In this document: positions 38,191 through 52,409 of the stretch, piece by piece
Position numbering within the stretch: the stretch's first letter is position 1
Layout: each line of letters opens with the position of its first letter
Assembly: GCA_965649765.1 (NCBI GenBank)
Contig: OZ287751.1
Coordinates: 50,034,001 to 50,098,000, forward strand
Direction of reading: 5' to 3'
Source: Bispira polyomma
Lineage: Eukaryota
Length of the DNA stretch: 64,000 bases
Made by a program: the position numbers and the translations under genes
The notes under the pieces: model-generated
The model's input: only the letters and a program-made list of their open reading frames with translations
Told to the model about the DNA's origin: nothing
Databases searched by the model: none

Positions 38191-40933
38191 CTAACAGGTT
38201 CTATTTATACTCAAAGATGCAGCTATATCAGAGGAAATGTTTTCCTCGTTATGGTAACTCAGTTATGTAGAGCTCAGGGTATCCATCAATGAAGGAACAG
38301 GTGGATATATATTATCATTTATTTTTAAATTATAAAATCAGTTTATATCTTATGCATGAAAATACCGTAAATAAATATGGAATGGCCGACAATTTTTACA
38401 TGTAATTATACATTTAAACAGGGAATTGCTGTTTACATGTGAATAGGTGAACTTAAAACAATCAACTCCTAAAATAGATCCTTTATATATCACACACACT
38501 TGTAATGTATGGTATTTTCTATGCTCTTTAAAAAAACTGCTATGTGGGTGAAAACTTGAGAAACCGCTATCTCGCATGTAAACCAAACACTTAATATTTT
38601 GTTTACTTTTATAAAGTCTTCTTCATCTAGCTGACAGTTTGTTGTTCTAAAGGAATTGGCTTTTTGTATTCAAGACCAACTCATATTTTCTAGTTCTATA
38701 AGTCAAACCTTTGCATACCTCTAACCTACTAATAACTTCATTATTACATTGAGCTTTCACTGGCCATATTACTTATATTTATAAGTTTCCTCATACCGAT
38801 TGTCCATGCAGTAAAAAATGTATCACCTAATTTACTTGAAATGTCCCATAATACACATCCATACAATGACAAACAATATTTTTTCACTAGTCTGTACTAA
38901 ACTTCCAGGGAACAAGTACTAAAATTTGCGGTTATATAACTTAACTTACTCACAAAGTCATTTTTACATTGGAGTATACAATTACTAATATCATTCTTTT
39001 TTTTGTAACAGGATGCCCCAAATTAGTCGCAGAATCAATGATGCATATTGAGGTGTCATTAAATAATACATCAGGCATTTTAGATTGAATGTAGAATTTT
39101 GACGACAAAAATTACAACTAAAAATTGCAACTACCTTTTTACTACAAACTTTTATTTTTTGTTTGTTTATCAGCGATCTATCTTAAATTAAAGTTGATAG
39201 TTAAAAAACCATTTCTTTGAAGACAATAAAACTGTCGTCTATTATCACCTAAAGGAAATGTCAAAGTAAACAATGATTTGTATACATAATAAAAGAAACC
39301 AGGACATCACAACTTCAACTTCTGTTATTATCTGAGCCAGTTCGTATCCCCATTATATTTTATAAGTTACCACAATTGAAAATTCTAATAAAAAATCCTT
39401 TGTATTAAAGAGGAATTCAGTACAATGGTTGTATGTGAAGCATACAAGAATTAAATAGTATCCTATTGATTTGTTTCACAGATACTTTTGTCATTTCATG
39501 ATATCAGCAACAACTTTAACTAGTCAGAGGTCGTCATTGTGAAATACTACGCATTTCTATGATTGGTAGAATACTAGTCTCCATACACATAAAGTAAAGC
39601 CAAACAGAAAACAAACATTCTAATTCAAAAACGAATTCAGCACAAATGAGTTTCAATGAATTTTTTGGCTAATTAGAAGGTAATAAAAATTAATGTTTAA
39701 AACAAAAACTAGACGCTAGTGAAAATTAAAAAATCGATTCTCCGTAAATTATGAAGTACTGGATTTGATTCTATTCATATTTGCACAATAAAGTAGCTAT
39801 AACAATACCAGTTCCACTAGTAATATCTCTTTGGTTTAGAATGAAACATATAAACTATATGTGTACAATTTGTGTATTGTTTTCTTATTTTTCTAGGAGT
39901 CCACTCCAGAAAGCTAAACATACAGGCGATGGTGCACTATTTATGCAAATGTATAATGACAAAAAAGCATTTATACCAAGGTCTTATTTACAGAATCGCC
40001 TCTGTAAATGTGATGCAAATAAATCTGTGACTTCACAAAAAGTCAACCTACGTGTTGGAATGTTTAAAATCTTTCAGAAACGAAACGTTTTGATAAGTAA
40101 GCAATCGTAGCTCGGTCACAAAGTGTTAAACAGTTTTAAAATAGGTAGCAAGATTAAGAGGGTTTTTCCATTTTTGGTACAATGAATAACAGTATATGAA
40201 GTAAACGTTCCAGTATGTGGCAGAAGGTGTGGGTTTGTTCTCATAAGGCTGTAAACCTGAAAAATAGGGACCATAAGTACTTACATGTAGTTTGTTTAGA
40301 TTGTCGTGGGCATTCGTCTGTAAAAGTGAGAATTAGTGATCATAAGCGTGCATTCGTGGCATGTTAGTGACAGATTAGTGACCATTAAATGTGCATTCGT
40401 TCCATGTTAGTGACATAGTGGTGAGTATAAGTATGCATTCGTGGCATGTTAGTCACAGATTACTGACCATAAGTCTCCATTTATTACATGTTAGTGTCGG
40501 AAGTTAACACAAACGTGACTTAAACATTTTTTATATCAAAATATGATGCCAGATGGAAATCTACAGATGGATTGGCCACTTATATTTACGCCACATTTAT
40601 TCGTCAAACTCCACGAATAGCCATATTGGTACATGTGATTCAGACCAGACCAGGTGAATTTTACGCCAGTTAATATTTACACCAAAACACAAGTAATATC
40701 AATGTGGTTTGTATTGTAATAGATAAACTACGTGTGTCTATAATTTGATCTCTATTTCTTTCCCCATTCAACTGGTTCCATCTATTAATCTAAACACATA
40801 TAGGGGAGGGTGTATTATTTAACAGCAATCAGGCATAGATTGGGAAAATAATGAAAAATAGATGACTCAGGTTTTTTTTTTGTGTGTTAAACAAATGAAA
40901 TTGCAATACATTATGTTCATACATATGTACCAG

Positions 40934-41029
40934 GGCCCGTATTCACGAAGGGACTTAGGCTTAAATTAGTATACTTTTGTGCTAGATTTAAGCCTAAGAC
41001 TTGGCTAAGTCCCTTCGTGAATACGGGCC
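40934..41029. mobile_element. 96-bp PIF/Harbinger-like MITE
   Basis: Perfect 25-bp TIR ggcccgtattcacgaagggacttag with 3-bp TSD cag. Confidence 0.88.
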
Positions 41030-41107
41030 CAGAACATCACCGCCCGTTCGAGCTTTCCATAAAACGATGCAGGCTTCAAAGTAATCAATTGCAGACTACT
41101 ACTAAAT

Positions 41108-41375
41108 ACGGGTGACGGAAAGTTGCCCATCAGGAAATTATCCTATCAAGTGTTTCCCATCAGGAAAATTGCCCATCAGGAAATTATCCCATCAACTGAA
41201 TTGAGGGGCTGGAAATTTTCCCATCAATAGTCAAATTTTATTAGTTATTCAAAAAAATTGATGAGAAATTTTCCTACCCCTCAAATTAGCTGATGGGCAG
41301 TTTTCCTGATGGGAAACAATTGATGGAATAATTTCCTGATGGGCAGTTTTCCTGATGGGCAATTTTCAGGGATTT
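41108..41375. mobile_element. Internally deleted copy of a subterminal-repeat DNA element
   Basis: cccatcaggaaa repeats at left, inverted tttcctgatggg repeats at right; ends match the adjacent longer copy. Confidence 0.8.
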
Positions 41376-41376
41376 T

Positions 41377-42280
41377 ATGGGTGGCGGAAAGTTGCCCATC
41401 AGGAAATTATCCCATCAAGTGTTTCCCATCAGGAAAACTGCCCATCAGAAAATTATCCCATCAACTGAATTGAGGGGCTGGAAATTTTCCCATCAATATT
41501 CAAATTTTATTAGTTATTCCATACTATATTATACAATATTAACTTGATATAACTTTTATTACATTTTAGGTACATTATACAAGTTTTAGCACTTTTACTT
41601 TAAGGAGTTTTTAGCACTTTTGCATCAGATATGCAATTTTTAAACCTTCCACTGTGCCCATCACCCTGTATATGAATTATGAAGTATTATAAATGAAAAT
41701 AAGACAATCTTTAAGTTAATCACACTTGACATCACAAGAACCAATGTTACAACATTTGATTTGTGCTCAGGAACACAAAATGAAAGAGTCATTAAACTGA
41801 TTACATTTGGCAATTAGCACAATACACATTCTAATGTTATTTGATTTATGCACAGGGGTGGAAATGAAAAAGTTTGTCAATTGGCAATAATGACATCACA
41901 CAACCTTTTGAAGTGAGATTTTCATCAACATAGATAGATAAATAGATATAATAAATAATAAAATATTCTAATTTAATGTGTGTATAAAAGGTACAAAACT
42001 ACTATTTTGCAGAAATTATAAAATTCACAATTTATTAAACTTTCTTTTTTATTTTTAATTTTGATTTCCTATATTCAAATAAAAAAATTTGAACACATGC
42101 AAAAACACTTTTGTAAAGAAAAATATTTTGCTTGTGACATTTTCATATAATTTAAAAAAAATTGATAGGAAATTTTCCTACCCCTCAAATTAGCTGATGG
42201 GCAGTTTTCCTGATGGGAAACAATTGATGGGATAATTTCCTGATGGGCAGTTTTCCTGATGGGCAATTTTCAGAGATTCA
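41377..42280. mobile_element. ~0.9-kb non-autonomous DNA element with inverted subterminal repeats
   Basis: Same ends as 41108-41375 with a ~630-bp AT-rich interior; no ORF. Confidence 0.8.
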
Positions 42281-45200
42281 TTAAATATGTTTCCTTTTCC
42301 AATAATGTTTTTACATCACATCGTGGTGTCACTTTCGTGTCTATAAGTTTGACTGGTAAGTACCATAACATTTATACATTGATATAATGATATACATTCA
42401 TTGACCTAACGTGTAAAGTATGTGACAGTTTCCAGTAACATCACATTCTGGTGGAGGCCATGTATTGCATTTGATCTGCCCACTGTGGCCTTGCAAATTG
42501 CATGCACACTCTCACTTACCTGGATTTAATCCCAGCCTGGGGTGGCCTGATACATATACATACAAAGTGGTTAGGATGACAACTGTATATGACGGTCTTC
42601 TGTATGGACGTTGATAAATGGGCACCCTCAAACCTCGGTCTTTAGTTAGGGGAATGGCAGTTACTGTTGCGGGTTGGCTGTCCTTGGACAGTCAAGTAAA
42701 CGTTATTAAATTTGTTCTTTTTATTTTTAAAAAAAATACGAGATGGCGGTAGGTAAATGCTCTGAGTATACATTTGATACAATATCATTGTATTCATTAC
42801 ATGCATTGTTTTCTGGTTGTGGCAAGGAAATACACAGCTCTGTATAGTCTAGTACTGGGTTGAACGTATTAAGAGACACAACACATGCCAGTCACAAAAT
42901 ATTGTCAATGGTTAGACTCACGATGATCAAATTACTTTGACCTACTGTTTCGGTTTAATAGTCTGTAGTTTTAGGTAAGATTGAAATTAACAAGTAGGGT
43001 ATGTAATGATGTTATGTGATGATTTTATAATTTTATGTAATTATAATTGATCCTGTAATCATAATATCAGCTGTATGAAGGGTCAGTACTTCTATGACAC
43101 GGTTGGTCATACTGATCTATAAATGAGTAACTGGTGTGAAGAGTGTAAGTCATGTTATTGTGGTGGACTATACTGTGGTACTTATAGGTATGATGTTGGT
43201 ATGTTATGGCTAATATCAAATGGCTGTAGAATGCCAGCATTGTTTCTAGGTAATCTCTGTAAAACCAATTAATGACAGAATGTAATTACAAATGTTAAAC
43301 AATTGTACAAATTTTATTGTGGTTGATCTTTTTGGAAGATAAATACTTACCTTATCCTCACAAGTTAATGAGGATAAGGTAAGGGTATTAATCGTAATAA
43401 AAAATAGTTGTATCATTATAAATTAAAATGTAATTCAGACTAAAACTTCACACAGAATGACAGAGAAAGTAAACATTTCTCGTTTGTTTTTAATATATTG
43501 AAAAACGTCAACATGGGTTATATTTTTCACTTTACCCTTAACATTTTGTGCTATATTTCAGTCCAAAAAAGATATATAGAAAAAATAAAATCCATAAACC
43601 TACTCTCTCTTTTTTTGGCTATAACTTTGTTTACACATATAACTTTGTTCTTGTGGTATTTTAAAAACTTAATTTGCCCTATTGATAATTATTCCGATAG
43701 AATTGTTTATCAAAAGATATTTTATTTGTACAGCATTGATAAATAAAGCTACCCAGGGCCAAATGTGGAATAACAAATGCCAGCAGTTGAGATGCTCTGT
43801 TTTTATATTTTTTTGTTTCTCTTCCATTTTGTTTTTGGCGATGACGTCAGTTAAAAAATATGGTAGAATTTCCACCAAATTTCACAGAAAAGAGTCTAGC
43901 AGACAATATCTATGTGTATATTCACCACAGTGAGTTTGATAGGACTTCACAGACTTCCTAACAGCATGCAATATCTGCTACCATATGTCTTGTGTGTATA
44001 AACAGTCAGCCAGACAGATCAATTAGACAGAACTCTGTAGACAGTCAAAAATCTCACACAAACACCTTCTAGTTTAGTGTATGATGACTAAACCAAACAG
44101 TGTGGGAAGTTTCCTTAGATTGGAAGAACTAAGTTGATTTTATAATGAAACCTTTGTATTTTATTTGTTTTAGCATCTCAGCACTCTTTGTAATACAGTG
44201 TAATCCTCCACCCACATGCGGTGTCTGTTAATTAAAAAATCATGTTGTTTCCAATGTGACCGTTTTAACCTATCCGAAAGTTGAAGACCCAAATACATAT
44301 TTTTCATGTTTTTATTTTAATTTTTTTAAACGCTGCAGCTTGAGAACTGTAGTCGGTTCTCGAGAGTATTTTCAAATTGTTTTATTTTTATTATTATTTT
44401 GTTTAAGTCTATAAACATTACAATTATTAATAAGAAAACTACTCAGTGAGATTACATGTGTAATAAATTCCATGTTCCTATTTTAATAATATATTAGTTC
44501 ATGAAAAACCTCTATTTGAGTTAAATACATCCCCATTTACATTGTTACTTAAGTAAAAGCAGTCTTTTCATACAGACCATTATTACAGCAGTGTAAATAT
44601 GTACATTATTCCCATTTATCCGAGGTGACATAAGGAATTCGTTAAAAAAGAAACAATCTGCGCTCGTTGGCCGCCTATTGAAACAAGTGTTCACAAGTTC
44701 AAGCTATTCTTCTACAAAGCTTTGCTTTTCTAAGAATTTTAATCCATAAATGCAGTAATTTTTAACCATCTTTACTTTGGTTTTCGTTTTGTTCCTTTAC
44801 AATAGTTTTAACCTTTTAACTGTTGCATCCATTACACCAGTGACCTGTTTACTATATAAATATTACAGGAACAATACAAGGTACAATAGGAAATGTACAC
44901 CGATAAGTGTCAAACCTTATTATTATAAATGAAAACATCACAAAGCCTTTAATTTCTAGTGACAATTACTTGAATGCATTTGATAGATGGATAGATAAAT
45001 AGATTTTTTACTTATTATACTCTCACCTGTCACACAGCCAGCCAAGTATGGCTTATGAGAGAGTGAAAATATACAAACATTAATATACAAAGAACAGTGT
45101 GTACAGCATGAATATAATATTAGCATCTGTTTTAGAATCATTCTAGAAATTGTGTGATTTCAATCAGACAGTGCATCGGCGTCTGTGAAAAAAAGTATGT

Positions 45201-45345
45201 TTTTTTATACTATAGTCTGCTACATTAATGGCTTGGTCTCATTTATTCGTGGCTGTTCGTGGAGTTTTACCAATGAACTCGGAAATAACCCTGATGGCCT
45301 ATCTGTCTGTAGATTTCCTTCTGACATCGACATTTTGTTATTGTG

Positions 45346-46582
45346 TAGGTATAACTGATATATCCTGCCAGGTAGAACCACAATTTTCTTAAATTAACTT
45401 GTGGGTTATCTATTTTAAATTTGTGATACTAATAGTAATTAAATGGTCAGCATTTTCTAAGACTAACATGTCACAGAGACTTCACTAACGTGTAACGGAT
45501 GTAGACTTATGATTACTAATGTATTGCTAGCATGGAACAAATCATTGATTATGGTCACTAATCTCTCACTAACATGGAATGAATATTCAGTTACAGTCAC
45601 TAATCCTCACTTTTACAGTTAAAACCCCCAAAATTGCACATGATCTAGTTATTTATGGTCACTAATCCTCATGTTTGCAGACTTATATAAATAAGACATA
45701 AATGGTGACTTTTAACAAAAATGGACAAAGCCCCTCAAACCTGGCATATATGGCAGATCCATGGTGCTATTATTGAATAGTTTAAAACTTTTGTGAGGGA
45801 TTTTCTTCAATAGGAACATTTCTGAAACATTTGAAATGTTCCACCACATAGAGCGACTTTTCATCACTTATTTTTGTCTGACACATTTGAAGCAAGTGAT
45901 TCATGTAAATGAAACCAAGATATAACGTATACAAGTGTATCTATATAATTCAATTTATACAGTGTATATAAACCACATTTACGGACACTGAAACATACTA
46001 TACGATATTGCACAGGTGTATTCCACGTCTAATAAATAATAATCCATGGTTAAAATAGGATAGTTTTTAGCTATAAATCCTTTCATCTATTAGTTAAGAC
46101 AAACATATCATCACCATATATTAGCCATATATTATGACACACACACCCTAATTCACAACTAATTCAGCAGGCGTATTTTAGAGACACAATCCGTGGAAAT
46201 CTAGATTCGGTAGATCAATCGATTGTGAAATAGAATAAATCATGATCTGGATCGGTAATCTGTTGGTCTACCTTAAAAATGGATTACCCACAATTTATTG
46301 TAAAAAAGTTACACAAAGTTGCACAGACACCCAAATATCAAAACAGCAAATTCTTGACAGAAAATATTAAACTGACGTATAACATAATGCAGAAAAGTGA
46401 ATCTCTCCATAATTTGCTTTTAAACAAATACCAATTCTGTCCATGAGTATGTGATTTATATTTAGGTATAACTTAAATCTATCTATATCCTGCCAGGTAG
46501 AGCCACAATATTACTAAATTAACTTTTGGGTTATCTACTTGAAATTTGTAATACTAATAGTTATCAAATGGTAGCCATTTTG
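45346..46582. repeat. Dispersed ~110-bp direct repeat pair (45346-45456 and 46463-46582)
   Basis: tatatcctgccaggtaga.ccacaat...taaattaactt.tgggttatcta...atactaatagt. Confidence 0.8.
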
Positions 46583-47571
46583 GATCCAATAACCAATTTT
46601 GAGCCATTTCACAAATATAGAAAATCCAACAAATCCAGATAAATAAACGTACAGGAAAAAAAGTCACCATAGCCTTTAGGTGATATAATACATGCACTGG
46701 GTTCTTCTATAATACTTTGGCTAGCAGTAGACAGAGAAGATATTGGTACCTACCCCCTATATTGTGAGTGATCCGGGGGTGGATTATCTGCCCTCAGTCC
46801 CCCATTCGCACAGACAAGTAAGAACACAAATCCCACGTGAGCCTTCATCACACTCCGTCAGATGATAATCTGTGTGTGTGTGTACAATGATGTCCTTCTC
46901 TTAAAGACTTTCTGACAGTGTTGAAAATTTGTCCTTGTCTGTGAGTGTCCTTGTGTGACAACCTGTTGACAGTGAGTGTATATGCAGTGAGCACACATTG
47001 ATCTAATTTATTCCTTCTTATATTTCCCACACCAATAATTTTAGATAAAAGGTGATAAGTTATCGCGGCCAACCACCACGATGTTCAGTTCACACACCCA
47101 TTATCTTCTTGGCTTCAACTTGGCTGACGAAATCATTATTTCCAGGAAGAGTACTATGGTTGCTCATACACATAATTATTTGATAAATTTAAAAAAAAAC
47201 TATTTAAAAGCATCAAATGATTGAACATAGGAAATAGAATCATTGGAGAAACAGCTACTCCACTCCATGATACGACGAGCATAAGAAAAACATACACATA
47301 TATATGGTTTCATGGCAAACATTACTATAGTGTTTTTTTTCTGTGGTATATATGTGATGATGTAAAAGCATAATAAGTGCTTTGATCAACAGTGAATATC
47401 ATGTCTTCACATATAATACAAATACGTCCGTTTTTGAAGTACAGAACACCAGAAAATACACGTGAGCCCAGTGCTTTTGTTGAATAAAGTTTTTAACTGA
47501 AGTAATGTAGGTAATCATTATGGTTTGATCAAGTGTTGGCTGTGTGTTCAGTTGATTTTTATTTTAATTAT

Positions 47572-47766
47572 CATGTGACCTTTCGTAAAAGACAAAAACT
47601 TGTGCGGTCATCTGTAAAAGACAAAAACTTTATTGTGTGGTCACTAGTAAAAGACAAAAACTTCATTGTGTGGTCATTTTCTAAAGACAAAAACTTCACT
47701 GTGTGATCATTGTTAATAAAAGATAAAAACTTCATCGTGTGGTGGTTTGTAAAAGACAAAAAACTC
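47572..47766. repeat. ~30-36-bp minisatellite, ~6 copies
   Basis: aaagacaaaaacttcattgtgtggtca. Confidence 0.85.
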
Positions 47767-48761
47767 ATCTAAACAACAACAGTAAGGAGTTTGGGAATTA
47801 CAAGATGACACTTTCACACACTTAGAATCAACAGTCATTGGTACACAGGATTTGGTCTTAAAACAGATTTTGACATGAATTAAATACCAGTGGAGAGTAA
47901 AACCTTACTTGATTGACTCTATTTATTTGTTGAGCCACTTTGAAACTTGAAGTGATCACAAATTTATATCTCATCTTATAGATAGATTGTAATAACTCTT
48001 GTGCTACTGGCTACAATGTATCCATATAAAGGTGAAGTCCTGATAAGACATGAATGAGTACATTGTATTTGTGCCGCCCATCTGGAAATAACTCCTCACA
48101 GTTCCTGTTAGTTAGTCGTTCTTTTGTTGTGCAGATAATTTACAATTACACAGCAATGTTTTAAAGGTTTAGATCTGTAGCTAAATGAATGCTGACTATA
48201 GTTAGAGAACGTTTAACCCTGTAAATAGCTCTAGAATTATTGTGAATTGAGTGTTTTGGTTAAATAAATATTTGGCTACATCCTGTTATGTTATAAAATA
48301 AAGAAAGTTTAAGAGATGAAAGTCTGTATTCGAGTGAAGAATGGGCACTTGGAGTGAACTCAATTAGGAATCGTAATCCCTAAAATTTGTGTTTACTGTG
48401 TGACATAAAAACTACAAGTGATTTGTGTTTTATACATATGTAGGTTAGGCCAGCTACGGTTTGATTTATTGTAAGAAAACCATGAAATATCACAACTCTC
48501 AGTTTGTAGCTAGATGAGGGAACAAGTTTTTAACTGCGGAACTAACTATAGTTTTTTTTTTTGTGAAGTACAAGCTAAATACTCATCCATGTACATCTTA
48601 AAGTATTCAGTACTCCCACAACTATAGCTCCTGATCATTTTGTAGTACAAGTAAAAAGTGGCCAGAACAACAGTCCAATAGTTTGTTAGTTACAAACTAA
48701 ATAGTCATAACTCACTGAGCTGTAAGTGCAGACCACTGCAAAATTATCGTCTTGTATTTCA

Positions 48762-48970
48762 ATTTGAATTTATTTGGTTTTATGTCGCTTTTAACAGCTT
48801 TGGTCAGATTGTGACAGCCATGTTTAGTGGCAGAGAAACCCAGTGACCTACAGTGAGTACCTAACAGACTTCCTAACATGAAGAAGGAATCTGTGGGATT
48901 TGATCCCCAGAGGTGAGAGGCTAGCAAATTTAAAGCAGGCGATTGTAAGCTCTGGGCCACCGCAGCCCCC
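48762..48970 (-). mobile_element. Diverged SINE related to family A
   Basis: cccagaggtgagagg...ggccaccgcagcccc head and tttgaattt tail shared with family A. Confidence 0.7.
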
Positions 48971-49476
48971 TTCTCATCTTGTAGTACAACAAAAAGGAGG
49001 CAAACAAAGTTATATGATAAAAGATTTTGAAGTGTAAGCAAAGCAACCTCAATTATTATTCTAGGTCAATATATGTAATAATATATCCAAGAAATCACAT
49101 CATGTACTCAAAAATCAGGTACAGATGAAACAATTGATGCAACAAATAAATTACTAATTTACATTCGTATATAAAATGTTATAACTAACAAAATTTACAA
49201 ACATATGTGAGAAACTACATAATAAACATCAAATACTCTTTGAATGCCTTAAAGCTTTGATATATTGCCATGTTGCATAGCAAAAATAATTACACATTAA
49301 GTAATGAACACTCATTCAGCTATAACTCAGACCTCTATTAGTTGACAATATCACAATGACAACAGAACCTTTAGCAGGCTATTAGATATGTTAACTTAAT
49401 CATGTAAACATGACAAGGTTCATTAGCTGTTAATTAATATAAATTATAACTACACGATATGTTCTATATATAACCC

Positions 49477-50620
49477 ATGTTAGAGTTTGGTATACCTCAG
49501 GGCTCAGTTTTGGGACCAATTCTATTTTCCTTATACACACCACCACTCAGTCGTGTTATTGACAAGTACAAATCTATCAAGTATCATTTTTATACTAATG
49601 ATACACAACTTCATGTTCATTTATCAAATAAAAATGCAACTGATGCATTTAATAGCCTTAAAAGCTGCATTAACGATATGCACAAGTGGATGTTTGACGA
49701 TAAGCTGAATCTCAACCCAGATAAAACAAAATTCATTCTTTTTGAATCCAAATCACAACGTGCGAGTTTGGCTGAAAATTTCCCAGTCAATATTCTAAGA
49801 AACATTTTGCATCTTGCTGATATTGCCAGAAACTTTGGGTATCACCTTTGACTCCGATTTCTCATTTGCTAAACATGTTCAATCTGTTTGCAGGGCTTGT
49901 TTTATCTAGTTGTGAGATCTGAGAAAATTGAGATGATACCTGTCTACCGTTATTGCAACCATGGTGGCAAATGCCCTGGTCAGCAGTCGCCTTGATTACT
50001 GTAACTCTCTGTTCAGAGGTCTCGCTAGGACTAACCTGCGCAAATTGCAATGTATCCAACACAGTTTGGCTCAGATAGTAATGAAGAAGTTCAATTTTAC
50101 TCACATTAATCCTGTTTTAAAAACCTTCCACTGGCTGCCTATTAAGTATAGAGCAATATTCAAAACTACTACCTTAGTCTATAAATATTTCAATTTAGGT
50201 TTCCCTCTGTATTTTAGTCCTTACTTGACTGCCTATACATGCCAATGCAATGCAAGGCATAGTAGGCCTAAAAATGCTTTCTTAAGTGTCCCTACCTTTG
50301 TACGATCCATTTACAAGTCAAAAAGACATTTTAACAATAGTTTTTCATATGATGCTTCTGAGCTGTGAAATTATAACTGCCTTTTGATATTTGCACTGCC
50401 TCCTCACTTGTTTGTTTTAGAAAAAAGCACAAAACCTACCTATGCAGCAAGGGTTTTTCCACCTTAGCCTCCTTACCTTTTTCTGGCGTCTCCATCTTCA
50501 CGACTCCTGTACATTCAATGACTATACGAAATTGTCAAATGATTTTTTTTGTCTCATGCACCCTAGAATCTACTAGCACAGAGATAAACAATATAAAAGT
50601 GAGATTAGATTAGATTAGAT
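49477..50620 (+). mobile_element. 5'-truncated L2 LINE (RT C-terminal half plus 3' tail), pseudogenised
   Basis: GIPQGSVLGPILF, ANALVSSRLDYCNSL and HWLPIKYR remnants in shifting frames; (gatta)n tail. Confidence 0.92.
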
Positions 50621-50843
50621 TTGTCTGTAAAAATAAACTGCCTAGAGACCTAAGAGAAAAATTTTGTGCACACAAACTTAAAATACTATTTTTCTCAATT
50701 TCAGATGAAATCTTATTAATGTGTAAATTATTGGATAAATTTATTTCCCTTGCAATTAAATTTTCGTGATGCAAAATGTACTACGCTTAGTAATGTCCGA
50801 AATCTTGTGCATGATGTGTTTGCGTTTATAATGTACCAAATTC

Positions 50844-50875
<32 letters not shown>

Positions 50876-51424
50876 GCATACAAACAGCACAAGATAATTG
50901 GTATTATATGTCAGGTACTTAGTAAAAGCATTTGGCATATTTTAGTACCACTATTTGCTGTGCATACTTTGTAAAAACGCGTGTGTACCAGGGATTCGTT
51001 TGGCACATATTATCGCCCAGTAAAATTTGGTTCACATGTGTTGATACATCAGTATTTCGAGTGCGAAAGAAAAAAGTGTGTCATTCGGTTTGAGATAAAG
51101 CATTGAACGATAACTCAACATATCAATTTTCATTATATTCACTTTCTGTAAGATGATTTTGCTTGTAAAACTAAAGTTATAATAAAGAAGCAAAACTTTT
51201 ATGTAGATACCAAGATTGCCTATTTTAATGTCATATATATATAATTCATAAATACAATTTTTTGACATTTGAGTAGAAGGAAATGATAAATATTTTGCAA
51301 GACTTCTTTTATTGCTAAAAACATTCTTCTATTGATCCCAATTAAACATGCACACTCCACATATTTAAAAAAGTCTGCAGACAAGATGCTGTCCTGTTGT
51401 GTACAGCTAGTAGTAAAGTTAATT

Positions 51425-51851
51425 TATCACACATATAACCCTAAAGTTAATACTGCTGTGCCAACGACTTTCACTTCCTTACAGAACTGTCTTTCCAATG
51501 TACAATACTGGATGGCAGCAAATAAACTCAAGCTGAACCCTAAGAAGACTGAGTTTATTTTTTCTGGCCACAAGTCGCAACGGGAAAAACTGTCTAGCTG
51601 TTTCCCAGTTGATATTCTTGGCAGCAGGCTTTTTCCAGCTGAAAAAGTATGCAACCTGGGTGTGTTGTTCCACTCCGAATTCTCCTTTTCTAACCATGTT
51701 TCATCATTGTGTAGATCATGTTTTGTTGGCCTCCGTGATTTCAGGCTGTTTCGACGTTATCTTTCCAAATCCAAATGTTTTAGGTTTGTTGCGCCTTAGA
51801 ATTTGTCGTACGAAGATTAAGCACTATAAAAGTCTACTAGATTAGATTAGA
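51425..51851 (+). mobile_element. Internally deleted copy of the same L2 family as 7728-11375
   Basis: WMAANKLKLNP.KTEFI...RSCFVGLRDFR joined directly to the 3' stem-loop and (tagat)n tail. Confidence 0.92.
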
Positions 51852-52409
51852 CCCAGTGAAGTTCATTACCACAGTAATATACGTTGTCAGTTATTAATAA
51901 ATAAGGTGTTTACTAGACCGAGTTTTCTGTCCTCGCTGATGCTTTGATTAACTGACAGCATGGAGAGGGACAGAATTGTTTACTATACCAAATCGTTGTA
52001 AATCTGACACAGCAGTTTACTATATACTATACACTATGAAATATACATCAATATTTTCAAATACTGATATATAATTAATTAAGTACTTTTAGGTTGCCCA
52101 TAAGTTATAATATTGTGTAGGGCTATTGGATTAATCAATATACAACCACAGACTAAATGGAAAGATGAAACTTCATATGTTATAGGTGCCGTTACACATT
52201 TACAACAATTTGCTATAGTAAACAACTCGCCTTGCATACATCAGTAAAAATGAAAGCATTGTCAGGTGACAGGACACTCGGTCTGGGTGTATACCTACTA
52301 ATAGTTAGACAGGATTAGTATGTTATCATTGGCAATCACCAGGATGATCACCATAGGTTTACAATATAGTGAAAGTTTGCTGTAATTTACCTCCCAGCTA
52401 GTGTAATAA

